A DNA stretch of 33,454 bases, from IMG/VR virus record IMGVR_UViG_3300036793_000125, positions 1-33,454 of that record. One strand, written 5' to 3'. Every line of letters starts with the position of its first letter. Within the stretch, counting starts at the first letter, position 1. The notes under the pieces are model-generated. The model saw nothing but the letters and a program-made list of their open reading frames with translations, was not told where the DNA came from and searched no databases. Of this stretch, positions 19,096 through 28,338 are shown in pieces. The stretch is from a virus (taxonomy: Duplodnaviria > Caudoviricetes). Both the position numbers and the translations under genes were made by a program.

Positions 19096-19369
19096 GTGTC
19101 GCTCCTGCTCGTCGGGTTGTGCGAAGTATCAGCCCTTTGCCGAAATTTAGCCCGGCGGCGTACCAGATCGCTAGAGCTCCGATGATCAACGAGAGGAAAA
19201 CGGCTGCGGTGAACGAGCCAGCGGCCGGGCGCGGTGCGGGATTGTTGAAGGGCTGCGGTACTGGCTGGTCGACGGTGACGGTGGCTGGCGCGGTACTTCT
19301 CACCGGCGGCGTACTGACCGCTTCCGCTGCCGGCATTGTCGTGCCCGCGATGCCGATGGCGAGGAGCAT
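19079..19369 (-). CDS. Putative membrane protein
   Basis: Hydrophobic N-terminus, Pro/Thr linker, TM 'AAVFLSLIIGALAIWYAAG'; fills gap in leftward operon; start uncertain. Confidence 0.5.
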   Translation of the reverse strand: MLLAIGIAGTTMPAAEAVSTPPVRSTAPATVTVDQPVPQPFNNPAPRPAAGSFTAAVFLSLIIGALAIWYAAGLNFGKGLILRTTRRAGATHARRH

Positions 19370-19395
19370 TGTCACGACGATGACCCAGCATGTTG

Positions 19396-19734
19396 CTACT
19401 GCCGGCGGTTCAGAACCTCGACCAGGGCGACGAGCATGACCTGCTGGTCGGCGCTCAGTTGCGGCCAGCCGTCCTGCAAACGAGCTAGAAGCGGATCGGG
19501 CTCGCGGCGCGCCGATTGGCCTTGCACGATCCGGTCGACGGATTCGTCGCGCCAGCCCAGTGCGCCCTCGAGCTTGCCGATAGTTGTCGAGCGGTAGCGG
19601 TCTCTCTCGCCGGCCTCGATCGACCGAATGGTGCGCCTCGACAGGCCGGCCGCCTCGGCTAGATCGTCCACCGTCCACCGACGTCGAGCTCGGGCGGCAG
19701 CAACTCGCGACCCGAGCCGCTTCCAACCATCCAC
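19396..19734 (-). CDS. XRE-family HTH transcription regulator
   Basis: 'WTVDDLAEAAGLSRRTIRSIEAG', 'LEGALGW'. Confidence 0.88.
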   Translation of the reverse strand: MDGWKRLGSRVAAARARRRWTVDDLAEAAGLSRRTIRSIEAGERDRYRSTTIGKLEGALGWRDESVDRIVQGQSARREPDPLLARLQDGWPQLSADQQVMLVALVEVLNRRQ

Positions 19735-19830
19735 GCGGGCGAGTCAATCGGAAACGGCGCCGCATGGTGGGCAGGATCGCGATAAAGGGACCGGCTTGCC
19801 GATTTCGACGGCAACCAAATGCAACTAGGG

Positions 19831-20712
19831 TCATCTGACGATCCTTAGGTGTGGGCGCTCGACGACGCTTCCGGCGAAGTTCGCGAAGGTCTGCATCCGC
19901 TGGGCGGCGTCGCTCATGTCGTTCTGCACATAGATCTGTGTCGAGGCGAGGCTTTCGTGGCCGAGCAGCGCCTGGACTAGCAGCGGGTCTTTGGTGAGTT
20001 TTTGCACGTTGGTGGCGAACCAATGGCGCATCGAGTGCAGCGTGGTCTCGATGCCGAGCTCGCTGAGGTGGTTGTGGGAGTCGACGGACAGCCGGTTCGG
20101 GACTGTGTAGGGATGTCCGGTCGTGGTGGTCACGACCCAGCCGGTGCGCTTCATGGCGGCGATCTCCTCGAGCACCGGTGCGAGCAGTGGCACTGTCCGT
20201 TCGCGGCCGCCCTTGCCCTGGATCCACGCGGTGGCTCGCGGCCCGTAGCGGTCGATGTGCTGAGCCTGCAGCCGGCAGATTTCGCCGCAGCGCAGGCCGG
20301 CGAATGCGGCCAGCACGTAGGCGCGGCGAAGGCCTCCGACTGTGCAGGCGAAGATCGTGGTCAGGTCCTCTGTGGCGGTGGGGTGCGGGACGCCCTTAGG
20401 TACGTGCGGCCGCGGCAATCTCACAGTCGGGTCGACGGCGATGAACTCCGTGTCGAGCGCCCAGCCGTAGAAGGCGCGCATGTGCCGGGTGTAGATGTCG
20501 ACGGTGGCTGGCGCTCGGTCGGCGAAGGTGGCCTGGAAGGCCAGCAGCTGCTCGCGACTGGCCTCGGTCAGGCTGGTCGGCGCGATGAACTTGGAGAGCC
20601 GGTAGAGCAGCTCGAGGCGCTTATCGATGGTTGCCTGGGACCGCTTGGCGATTCTCATCTCAGACCAGAATCGTTCGAGTATGTGTGCGTCTCCGATTGC
20701 CGACACCTCCAC
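19831..20712 (-). CDS. Tyrosine integrase lacking arm-binding domain (~290 aa; start 20712 GTG or 20697 ATC)
   Basis: Catalytic R (AGLRCGE), K (GKGG), HSMRH, LLGH, Y (TQIY); N-terminal core-binding domain only. Confidence 0.92.
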   Translation of the reverse strand: MEVSAIGDAHILERFWSEMRIAKRSQATIDKRLELLYRLSKFIAPTSLTEASREQLLAFQATFADRAPATVDIYTRHMRAFYGWALDTEFIAVDPTVRLPRPHVPKGVPHPTATEDLTTIFACTVGGLRRAYVLAAFAGLRCGEICRLQAQHIDRYGPRATAWIQGKGGRERTVPLLAPVLEEIAAMKRTGWVVTTTTGHPYTVPNRLSVDSHNHLSELGIETTLHSMRHWFATNVQKLTKDPLLVQALLGHESLASTQIYVQNDMSDAAQRMQTFANFAGSVVERPHLRIVR

Positions 20713-20773
20713 CCTGATTCCGTTCGGCGGAAGGTCGCTGCGGCTGAAGCTGCTGCGCCGGGGGGACCTAGGA

Positions 20774-20802
20774 AGTAACGAAGCTACAGTTAAGTGGTTA
20801 CT
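20774..20802. other. Candidate recombinase core site A (11-7-11)
   Basis: agtaacgaagc-tacagtt-aagtggttact; AGTAAC/GTTACT inverted ends; AT-rich, between repressor and integrase. Confidence 0.45.
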
Positions 20803-20822
20803 AAGCGCTACCGATTCGGTCA

Positions 20823-21239
20823 CTATCCGTTCACCACAGACAGTGCAGCCCTTGACTCGGGCTTTACGTCGCCCCCAGTGAATTCGGCGCTTCCGGCACC
20901 GTCGCCGCGGATCAGGGTCAGGAACGGCGGAACTAACGGTGCCGAAACTGAACCCGTACCTGAATCCCCCCCGGGCCGGTTTGGGCTGCCGGCGCTGAGG
21001 AACTGCACGACGTCGACCCGCAGATAGTCCGCGATCGCGAGCAGCTCGGCCGCGCCGAACGGGATCGTGCCGGCGAACCGCTGTTGCATCTTCTGCGGGT
21101 AGGTGTTGAACACGTCCCGCGCGATCCGGGTCTGCTTGACGTTCTGGCGCGCCATTTCGGCTCGCACCTCCGCTGCGATACGCGCGGACATCCCCGCGAT
21201 ATCGGGGAACTCGTATCCACCCTCGTGTGCTGTGCTCAT
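20823..21239 (-). CDS. Immunity repressor (HTH) with ~55 aa low-complexity C-terminal extension
   Basis: 'AAEVRAEMARQ..F.AAELLAIADYLRV' HTH; divergent from Cro-like gene, upstream of integrase. Confidence 0.8.
   Translation of the reverse strand: MSTAHEGGYEFPDIAGMSARIAAEVRAEMARQNVKQTRIARDVFNTYPQKMQQRFAGTIPFGAAELLAIADYLRVDVVQFLSAGSPNRPGGDSGTGSVSAPLVPPFLTLIRGDGAGSAEFTGGDVKPESRAALSVVNG
20932..20960. other. Candidate attP core site B within repressor 3' region (11-7-11)
   Basis: actaacggtgc-cgaaact-gaacccgtacc; left arm matches site A left arm at 8/11. Confidence 0.4.
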
Positions 21240-21245
21240 GCGCAC

Positions 21246-21275
21246 AAGGTATATGCCATGCCTGCATGTAGTCAA
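21246..21275 (-). promoter_or_regulatory. Leaderless repressor promoter
   Basis: TTGACT-18 nt-TACCTT, 6 nt before ATG 21239; no SD. Confidence 0.7.
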
Positions 21276-21324
21276 GATGCTGGGCACGTTCTTGTCCGTC
21301 TAGCAAGTCGTGGTCCATGAATGC

Positions 21325-21355
21325 TTGCATCTTTCCATCTGAGCATGTAGACCTT
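21325..21355 (+). promoter_or_regulatory. Leaderless early (Cro) promoter
   Basis: TTGCAT-17 nt-TAGACC(TT), 7 nt before ATG 21361; no SD. Confidence 0.55.
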
Positions 21356-21360
21356 CCCTC

Positions 21361-21714
21361 ATGACTCAAGCGTTGGATGAGCTAGTCGCAGGCGAGGTCC
21401 GAGCACAGATGGCACGACAGGGCCGCAAGCAGGCCGATCTCGCCCAGTACCTGGATGTCACCCAGTCGGCGATCAGTCGCCGTCTGGCGGGCAAACAGCC
21501 CTTCCCGTTGGCCGACCTCGCCGAGGTCGCCAGGTTTCTCGAGGTGCCGCTGGCGAGCCTGATCCCAGGTTCGGCCGGCGATGACGTGGCGGGCCAAGCC
21601 GTAGGTAACAGCGGGCAGCACTCGGTTTCATCGGCGCCGGTGGACGGCGACGCCGAAAGCAGAGAACGGCTGGACCGACCCGCGGCCCGCACTCGTCAGC
21701 AGGTGTCGGCATGA
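21361..21714 (+). CDS. Cro-like HTH protein
   Basis: 'QADLAQYLDVTQSAISRRLAG..F.LADLAEVARFLEVP'; first rightward early gene. Confidence 0.88.
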   Translation: MTQALDELVAGEVRAQMARQGRKQADLAQYLDVTQSAISRRLAGKQPFPLADLAEVARFLEVPLASLIPGSAGDDVAGQAVGNSGQHSVSSAPVDGDAESRERLDRPAARTRQQVSA

Positions 21715-22016
21715 CCGCCGCGAAGCTGCCGCCCGCCGCACAGGTCGATGAGTGCGACTGCGCAGAGGCGTGGTTGCGCCTCGATAGCTACGACCCGCAC
21801 TGCGGGTTTCACGCCCGCTTCGCCAAGTGCCAGTACTGCGAGACGAAGGTCGACCCCGAGGTGTGCTGGGAGGTCTATGACACCCCGGTCGGCTCGTTCG
21901 AGATCCTCACCTGTGACGAGCACGAGCAGCGCCCTGAGCTGCTGCCCAAAGGGTGGGCCGACACGGTCCGCCTCTGTCTCGCCCAGCCCGTCGTACATGG
22001 CCAGGTGTCGGAATGA
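21711..22016 (+). CDS. Hypothetical Cys-rich protein
   Basis: ATGA coupling; CDC, HC..H, CQYC motifs. Confidence 0.7.
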   Translation: MTAAKLPPAAQVDECDCAEAWLRLDSYDPHCGFHARFAKCQYCETKVDPEVCWEVYDTPVGSFEILTCDEHEQRPELLPKGWADTVRLCLAQPVVHGQVSE

Positions 22017-22444
22017 CCGCCGCCGACGCGTACACGAGCGGCGACGAGGGGATGTCTCTGCCTACCGTGCCATCAGGGCCTGCTCAAGGCGCGGCACAGC
22101 CAGCCACCCCGTCGGCGCGGTTCCGTACAGCGGCGAATCGCATGGTGCGCGGCGCGCGCCGCGGCAAAAGGGTGGCTGCGCTGCTCGAGTGCATCGCCGA
22201 CACCGACGGTGTCTACGTCCAGATCACCGCGGGCACCGCGGCTCGCGAGTTGCTCCTTGCGGCTCTGGCCGAGGTCGAGTCGGGACTGGCCGCGTTGAAG
22301 GAGCTACGCGACGAGGGCTTCGCCGGATATTCGACAGGCGAGCTGAAAGCCGGCGGCGCCGTGAACGTGCCGCTGCGCGGCGAAGAAATTGTCAGTGCAC
22401 TCCGCGATCTAAAGGCGCGCGGTGGACGGGTGTCGGTGACGTGA
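22013..22444 (+). CDS. Hypothetical protein
   Basis: ATGA coupling at 22013; GC3 bias. Confidence 0.65.
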   Translation: MTAADAYTSGDEGMSLPTVPSGPAQGAAQPATPSARFRTAANRMVRGARRGKRVAALLECIADTDGVYVQITAGTAARELLLAALAEVESGLAALKELRDEGFAGYSTGELKAGGAVNVPLRGEEIVSALRDLKARGGRVSVT

Positions 22445-22611
22445 TGGCGATCGCGGTGCTGTTGATCCTGATCGCAATCTTCGTCTGCTGCGCGTACCAG
22501 TCGCTGGTGTCCGTCGAGCATCGCGCGGCGATAGCCGCAGCGATCGTTGCCTGGTGGGTCGCGCCGCGGCATCGCCCGCACACGCCGCACCGCCGAAGCC
22601 GCAACCTCTGA
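22441..22611 (+). CDS. Small membrane protein
   Basis: GTGA coupling; hydrophobic AIAVLLILIAIFVCC. Confidence 0.55.
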   Translation: MMAIAVLLILIAIFVCCAYQSLVSVEHRAAIAAAIVAWWVAPRHRPHTPHRRSRNL

Positions 22612-22693
22612 TCTTCCCTTGCAAAGCAATGGGGCCGCCCCCTGTCACAGGTATCCGGCCCCACCACTTTCACCAACGTTTGAAGGGTATCCG

Positions 22694-23277
22694 ATGAGAC
22701 ATCTCATCCTCGTGATTCTGGCGGCGTTCGCCGTACCGGCGCTGCTCGCCTGCAAGAGCGGCGGTCACCACGACCGCCATCCGCACCCGGTCTCGACTCA
22801 CACGAAGGCGAGCAAGCCATGCCCAACGCCGACCAGCGCAACACCGTCATCGCCGACGGTCGCAACGTCAATCCCCCGGGTCTCTACCAGCCCGGCATCG
22901 ACCCCGTCGACGTCTACCAGCCCGGCATCCCCGACGCCGAGCTCGTCGTCCCGGTCGTCGACGCCATCCTCGACTTCACCCGCGCCGCCGAGTGTCTCCA
23001 CGAGCGTTGCCCGGCCTTCTGTCCATGCATCGCCGACTACCCCCGGATCCACGCACCCGGCTAGGAGCGGCGTGTCGTTGGCGCCCCGGCGCCTGGTGGC
23101 CGTCTCGCCGGGATCGATTAGACCGCCGTCGGCAACACCAACCATTCCACCGGCCCGGGCGCAGCTCGCCTCGACCGGTTCACCCGAACGCCAACTCGGC
23201 CTGATCGCGCTCGCGCTGGCCGCGGCCGGCATCGCGCTGCTCGCCCTGGCCCACTACCTCGGAAAGGCACCTCAGTC

Positions 23278-23281
<4 letters not shown>
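22694..23281 (+). CDS. Secreted Ser/Thr/Pro-rich protein with LAXTG sorting signal
   Basis: Signal peptide ending LLAC; S/T/P stalk; LASTG followed by TM helix. Confidence 0.8.
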
Positions 23282-24302
<1,021 letters not shown>

Positions 24303-24306
<4 letters not shown>

Positions 24307-24611
24307 CAGCGATTGAGAGCCGGTTCAAGGCGCAGGAGCTCGACGAGTACTCCGACCGGAGTGAGTGGTTCGTGCCGCCGCCGGCGGAGGAGTTCCCGCT
24401 GGTGGTCGCGATGCTCGCGCGTCTGCGCACGGCCGCGGCGAAGCGGATCCCGGATCCGTTCGGCCTGGACTACACCGAGGAGGCCTACTTCGAGGGCTGC
24501 GCCTATGTCACCGAGGTCGCGGACCTGACCCGGCTGGCGATCGAGCTCGGCTGGGAGGACGCGGTACGCGAGGCGTCTGAGGCTTTGTGGGTTCGGGTGA
24601 TCTGCGAATGA
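24303..24611 (+). CDS. Hypothetical protein
   Basis: ATGA coupling; codon bias. Confidence 0.7.
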
Positions 24612-24841
24612 GCCGGATCGCCGCGGTGCTACGGCTCGAGGAGCAGACGGCCTGGACCAACATCGACGACGAGGGCGCGAACGCCGTGGTGTACGTCGGC
24701 GTGATCGGCGCGCCGGATCTGTCGATCGTCTCGACGTCGCCGTGGAAGATGCGCGAGCTGGCTGAGCAGTTGATCAAGGGTGCGCTGCTGCTCGACTCGC
24801 GCCGCGAAGCGATCGGCCTGTCCTCTGGCGCCGGGTCGTGA
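24608..24841 (+). CDS. Hypothetical protein
   Basis: ATGA coupling at 24608. Confidence 0.7.
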   Translation: MSRIAAVLRLEEQTAWTNIDDEGANAVVYVGVIGAPDLSIVSTSPWKMRELAEQLIKGALLLDSRREAIGLSSGAGS

Positions 24842-25155
24842 ACGGCGTGGCCCGCCGGGTGCAGTGGACTGAGTTCGATCGGCGCAACGCTCCGCGCTGG
24901 GGTGTGGATCTCGACGCTGAGGCGCCGGCCGGCTGCGATCCCGGCCGCCGGCTTATCCGGTGGACGCCGCGAGCTTGCCGCATCGGCACCTTTTTCCTGA
25001 TGCTGGCCATGATCGTCGCCTTCTACGCGCTGCTCATCTTCTGCCTGTGGCTGGCGACCTATCACCGCGGGTGGACGCTGCCGTTCTCGATCGCCATTGT
25101 CCTGACGTTCGCCACCGTGGCGATCGCCTCGCGGCTCCGCGGTCGTGCCAGGTGA
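24838..25155 (+). CDS. Membrane protein (two C-terminal TM helices)
   Basis: GTGA coupling; hydrophobic segments. Confidence 0.65.
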   Translation: MNGVARRVQWTEFDRRNAPRWGVDLDAEAPAGCDPGRRLIRWTPRACRIGTFFLMLAMIVAFYALLIFCLWLATYHRGWTLPFSIAIVLTFATVAIASRLRGRAR

Positions 25156-25607
25156 CGGTTGCGATGGCGATCAGGCCGACCCCGTCGTTCTACGACGGCT
25201 CCCCCGAGCGGCACACCGTCACGTGCCCCGACTGCGGCCACCCAGCCGACGCGCTGATCGGCAACCACGGCGGCCCGGAGGTGTGCGCCGCGGCGCGCAT
25301 CATCGACGGCCAGCTCGTCGTGCTGCGCGACGAGCTGAACCTGGCCCGGGCCGGCGAGATCATCCGCCACGTCGCCAGCGAGCGCCGGCAGTTCAGCTCG
25401 AACTCGACCCGCACCGCGATGGACGCCGAGAACATCCCGAACACCCTGCGCGCGAAGGCGTTCAAGGCCGCGATCGCCGACGGGGTGATGACCCCGATCG
25501 GGCACGTGCCCTCGACGGAGAAGCCGTCCCAGCATTACCGCGGCGGCGGCGTGGTGCGCCTGTACCGGTCAGAGATCTATGTCGGCGCGAAGCCGGTGCG
25601 GCGATGA
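25152..25607 (+). CDS. Hypothetical protein (CPDC motif; possible winged-helix C-terminus)
   Basis: GTGA coupling; 'TCPDCGH', 'PST..S.HYRGG.VRLYRS'. Confidence 0.7.
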   Translation: MTVAMAIRPTPSFYDGSPERHTVTCPDCGHPADALIGNHGGPEVCAAARIIDGQLVVLRDELNLARAGEIIRHVASERRQFSSNSTRTAMDAENIPNTLRAKAFKAAIADGVMTPIGHVPSTEKPSQHYRGGGVVRLYRSEIYVGAKPVRR

Positions 25608-25873
25608 AGCGTGCACTGCTGACGCTCGAGGAGCTCACGCTCAGCCTTGGCATGGCCGTAGACATGCACGAGTGCACGACGGTGGGCGTCCGCGCGATCG
25701 AGGCGGGCCTCGCCTCGCAGCTGATGACCTGCGACCGCTGCTGGCCCGGCAAGGAGATCACGCTGCAGCGTCTCATCGGCCACGTCCGCGCCCTTATCGA
25801 CGTGACCGGCACGGCCGTGCATACGCCGGACGACTTCATGCAGGTAACCACCGTCAACGAAAGGCGGCGATGA
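25604..25873 (+). CDS. Hypothetical protein
   Basis: ATGA coupling; CDRC motif. Confidence 0.7.
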   Translation: MKRALLTLEELTLSLGMAVDMHECTTVGVRAIEAGLASQLMTCDRCWPGKEITLQRLIGHVRALIDVTGTAVHTPDDFMQVTTVNERRR

Positions 25874-25876
25874 ACG

Positions 25877-26143
25877 ATGCTGCCGCAGCCACCGAACCAC
25901 GTACGGACCGTCGAGGCCGGCCTCGAGCTGGCGCTGCTGATCGCCAAGGGCCGCGACGGAATCCCGCTCGACACGCACGCCCTGATCGGCACCGCGCACC
26001 AGGTGCTCCGCGCCGCCCACGGCGACCCGATCGACGCGCTGATCAGCCTCGCGTCCCTCATCAGCGTCGACGGCCAAGTCCTGCACTGGCCGGCCGCCAA
26101 CGTCACACCAATCACCGAACGCCCGGCACTGAGGAGCATCTGA
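25877..26143 (+). CDS. Hypothetical protein ending RPALRSI
   Basis: Codon bias; TGATG coupling to ParB-like gene. Confidence 0.7.
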   Translation: MLPQPPNHVRTVEAGLELALLIAKGRDGIPLDTHALIGTAHQVLRAAHGDPIDALISLASLISVDGQVLHWPAANVTPITERPALRSI

Positions 26144-27465
26144 TGGACTACCAGGAAATCGAGATCGGCCTGATCCACGCGCACAAGTCCAACCCGCGGC
26201 ACGACCTCGGCTCGGTCACCGAGCTCGCCGCCTCGATCAAGGCCCAGGGCCTCATCGAGCCGCTCATCGTCGCACCGTCGGGTGATGACTTCGGCTTCGT
26301 GCTGATCGCCGGCCACCGCCGCCTCGAGGCCGGCCGCAAGGCCAAGCTCACAATGCTCCCGTGCATCGTTCGTGCCGATCTGACCGGTGACGCTGAGCAG
26401 CTCGAGGCGATGCTGGTGGAGAACCTGCAGCGCACGAACCTGACCGCCGTCGAGGAGGCCGAGGGATACCAGGCGCTGCTCGAGTTCCCCGACTACACGA
26501 TCCAGCGCATCACCAAGGCCACCGGCCGGTCCGCTAAGACCGTCAAGCAGCGGCTGCAGATCGCCGAGCTGCCCGCCGATGCGAAGGAACGGATCCACAC
26601 CGGCCAGCTCACCCTGGCTGACGCGCTGAAGATCACCGAGTTCGCGGACGAGCCTGAGATGTTCAGTCGCCTGGCCAAGGCCGTCGGCACACCGAACTTC
26701 AGCTACGCCCTATCAGATGCCAAGCGCCGTAACGCGAAGATTGCCGCGGCGGTGGAAGCCGGCGCGGAGGTCCTCACCACCGGCGTCGACTTGACCAAGG
26801 CCTACCCGAACGCGGTGCAAGCGCCCTGGTCGACCGAGCCCGGCCCGGGCATGGTCCTGGTGTACCCGCTGGCGTCATATGGCGGCACGCTGTACTACAT
26901 CGACCCGCCGGCCGAGGAGCAGAAGCCCGAGCCGCCTGCCGGCAACCCGAACGCCGGCGGATCGATGGTCGAGAAGTCGAAGCGGAAGGACGAGTTCTCC
27001 GAGCAGCAGCGCCGGCATGAGCAGCTGCAGACGGCACGGGCCACACGCATCGCCTACCTGGCCTCGGTGATTCACGGCGAGCAGGCACCGGAGCAACGCC
27101 TCGATAAGGCCGCCGAATCGATGATGCGCTGGCTCATCAAAGCCCAATTCGGGGTATACGGCTACGACGTAGAAGACGTCACGCTCCTCGACGTCGAAGC
27201 ACACAACGAAAAGACGCTGGCCTGGATGAACGAGGCCGTCGATGCGCTCGACCTCCCGCACCTGGTGTACACCGCCGCTGCGATGTTCGCCCTCGCCTGG
27301 CCGGATCGTCAGCTTCAGAGAACCTGGACCGACCTCGAAGAGCCAGCCAAGGACTGGCTGTTCCAACTCCGCGAGGTATGGGGCTACCAGTGGTCCGACG
27401 TCGAGCTCGAGGAGCTCAAGAAAGCCGAAGCCGCTGAGGAACCGATCGCGGGTTGCGAATCATGA
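26143..27465 (+). CDS. ParB/RepB/Spo0J-family protein
   Basis: 'NPR..ELAASIKAQGLIEPL', 'IAGHRR', 'ENLQRTNL..VEEA', HTH; GAGGAG SD. Confidence 0.92.
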   Translation: MDYQEIEIGLIHAHKSNPRHDLGSVTELAASIKAQGLIEPLIVAPSGDDFGFVLIAGHRRLEAGRKAKLTMLPCIVRADLTGDAEQLEAMLVENLQRTNLTAVEEAEGYQALLEFPDYTIQRITKATGRSAKTVKQRLQIAELPADAKERIHTGQLTLADALKITEFADEPEMFSRLAKAVGTPNFSYALSDAKRRNAKIAAAVEAGAEVLTTGVDLTKAYPNAVQAPWSTEPGPGMVLVYPLASYGGTLYYIDPPAEEQKPEPPAGNPNAGGSMVEKSKRKDEFSEQQRRHEQLQTARATRIAYLASVIHGEQAPEQRLDKAAESMMRWLIKAQFGVYGYDVEDVTLLDVEAHNEKTLAWMNEAVDALDLPHLVYTAAAMFALAWPDRQLQRTWTDLEEPAKDWLFQLREVWGYQWSDVELEELKKAEAAEEPIAGCES

Positions 27466-27755
27466 CCGCCGGCAACGACGGCGCGAGCCCGGCCGAAGCC
27501 GTTCCTGAGGACGGCGTCAAGAAAATCAAAGTCGACTTGATCGACGACGGCATCCTATGGCTGATCAACCGCACCGTGTTTCACCCGCGTGGCTTCGCGC
27601 TCGCCTATGACCGTGCATCCTCCGAGTTCATCCTGTGGGGCAACGGTGACGAGCCGTGGGAGTTCAGCGGGGAGACGGAGAACGGGAAGTTCAACGCCGT
27701 CGAGGCAAAGCTGCGCGAGGCCACAGTCACCCCGCCCGCCGGTGTCGACTCATGA
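27462..27755 (+). CDS. Hypothetical phage protein
   Basis: 'GILWLINRTVFHPRGFALA' motif; ATGA coupling. Confidence 0.75.
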   Translation: MTAGNDGASPAEAVPEDGVKKIKVDLIDDGILWLINRTVFHPRGFALAYDRASSEFILWGNGDEPWEFSGETENGKFNAVEAKLREATVTPPAGVDS

Positions 27756-27988
27756 CTACCAGCGCACCCGTCGACATGGACCTGTCGGCGCTCAACGCGA
27801 CTGCTCACGCGAACTACCGCGGCGACCGCCGGCAGGCGCTGGGCCAGGTCGTAGGCCCGACGACCTACGGCCACCACATGGTCGTCGTCGACGCGGCTTA
27901 CGACCCGGCGACTGACCGGACCCGGCTCGGGTTCGTCAACGTGCTCAAGGCGATTCAGGACTCAGCAACACCGAAGGAGCGACCATGA
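27752..27988 (+). CDS. Hypothetical protein
   Basis: ATGA coupling; 'AAYDPATDRTRLGF'. Confidence 0.7.
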   Translation: MTTSAPVDMDLSALNATAHANYRGDRRQALGQVVGPTTYGHHMVVVDAAYDPATDRTRLGFVNVLKAIQDSATPKERP

Positions 27989-28338
27989 AGTTGCGCGCCG
28001 CGCTACCCAAGGGAGACGGCAACGGCCTGACCGTGATCTCCCGGCCGCTGATCGACCGCCCGGATCAGGTGCACGTCGTGATCGCCCTGGTCAAGACGGA
28101 GAAGCTGACGACCAACGTCGCCGATGGGCAGGTCGAGGCGACGCTGGCGATCCGCGGACTCGAGGTCGTGACCGACGAGGATCAGGCGGCCGCGTTCCGG
28201 CTGCTCGAACGGTCCCTGGAGCGGCGCACCGGCCAGACGATGCTGCCCCTGGAACTCGAGGACGACATCCGCGCCGCGTTCTCCGAGGTTGACATCGACG
28301 CACTGATGGACAGCCCCGACGATGGGAGCGAGTCGTGA
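27985..28338 (+). CDS. Hypothetical protein
   Basis: AAGGAG SD; coupled genes; 'RRTGQTMLPL'. Confidence 0.8.
   Translation: MKLRAALPKGDGNGLTVISRPLIDRPDQVHVVIALVKTEKLTTNVADGQVEATLAIRGLEVVTDEDQAAAFRLLERSLERRTGQTMLPLELEDDIRAAFSEVDIDALMDSPDDGSES

Noticed and set aside
19119-19439. Plus-strand 106 aa hydrophobic ORF
   Set aside because: Antisense to the leftward operon; the minus-strand membrane ORF fits the context better
20740-21000. tRNA-derived attP or chromosomal dif site
   Set aside because: No T-loop/CCA tRNA fragment and no XerD-arm TTATGT motif visible
20713-21369. 512 aa integrase ORF extending through the repressor gene
   Set aside because: The extra ~220 residues overlap the repressor and promoters in another frame and look non-protein-like; the integrase domains start near 20700
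25579-26142. N-terminal extension of the ParB ORF (628 aa call)
   Set aside because: Overlaps two better ORFs; SD and TGATG coupling support a start at 26143
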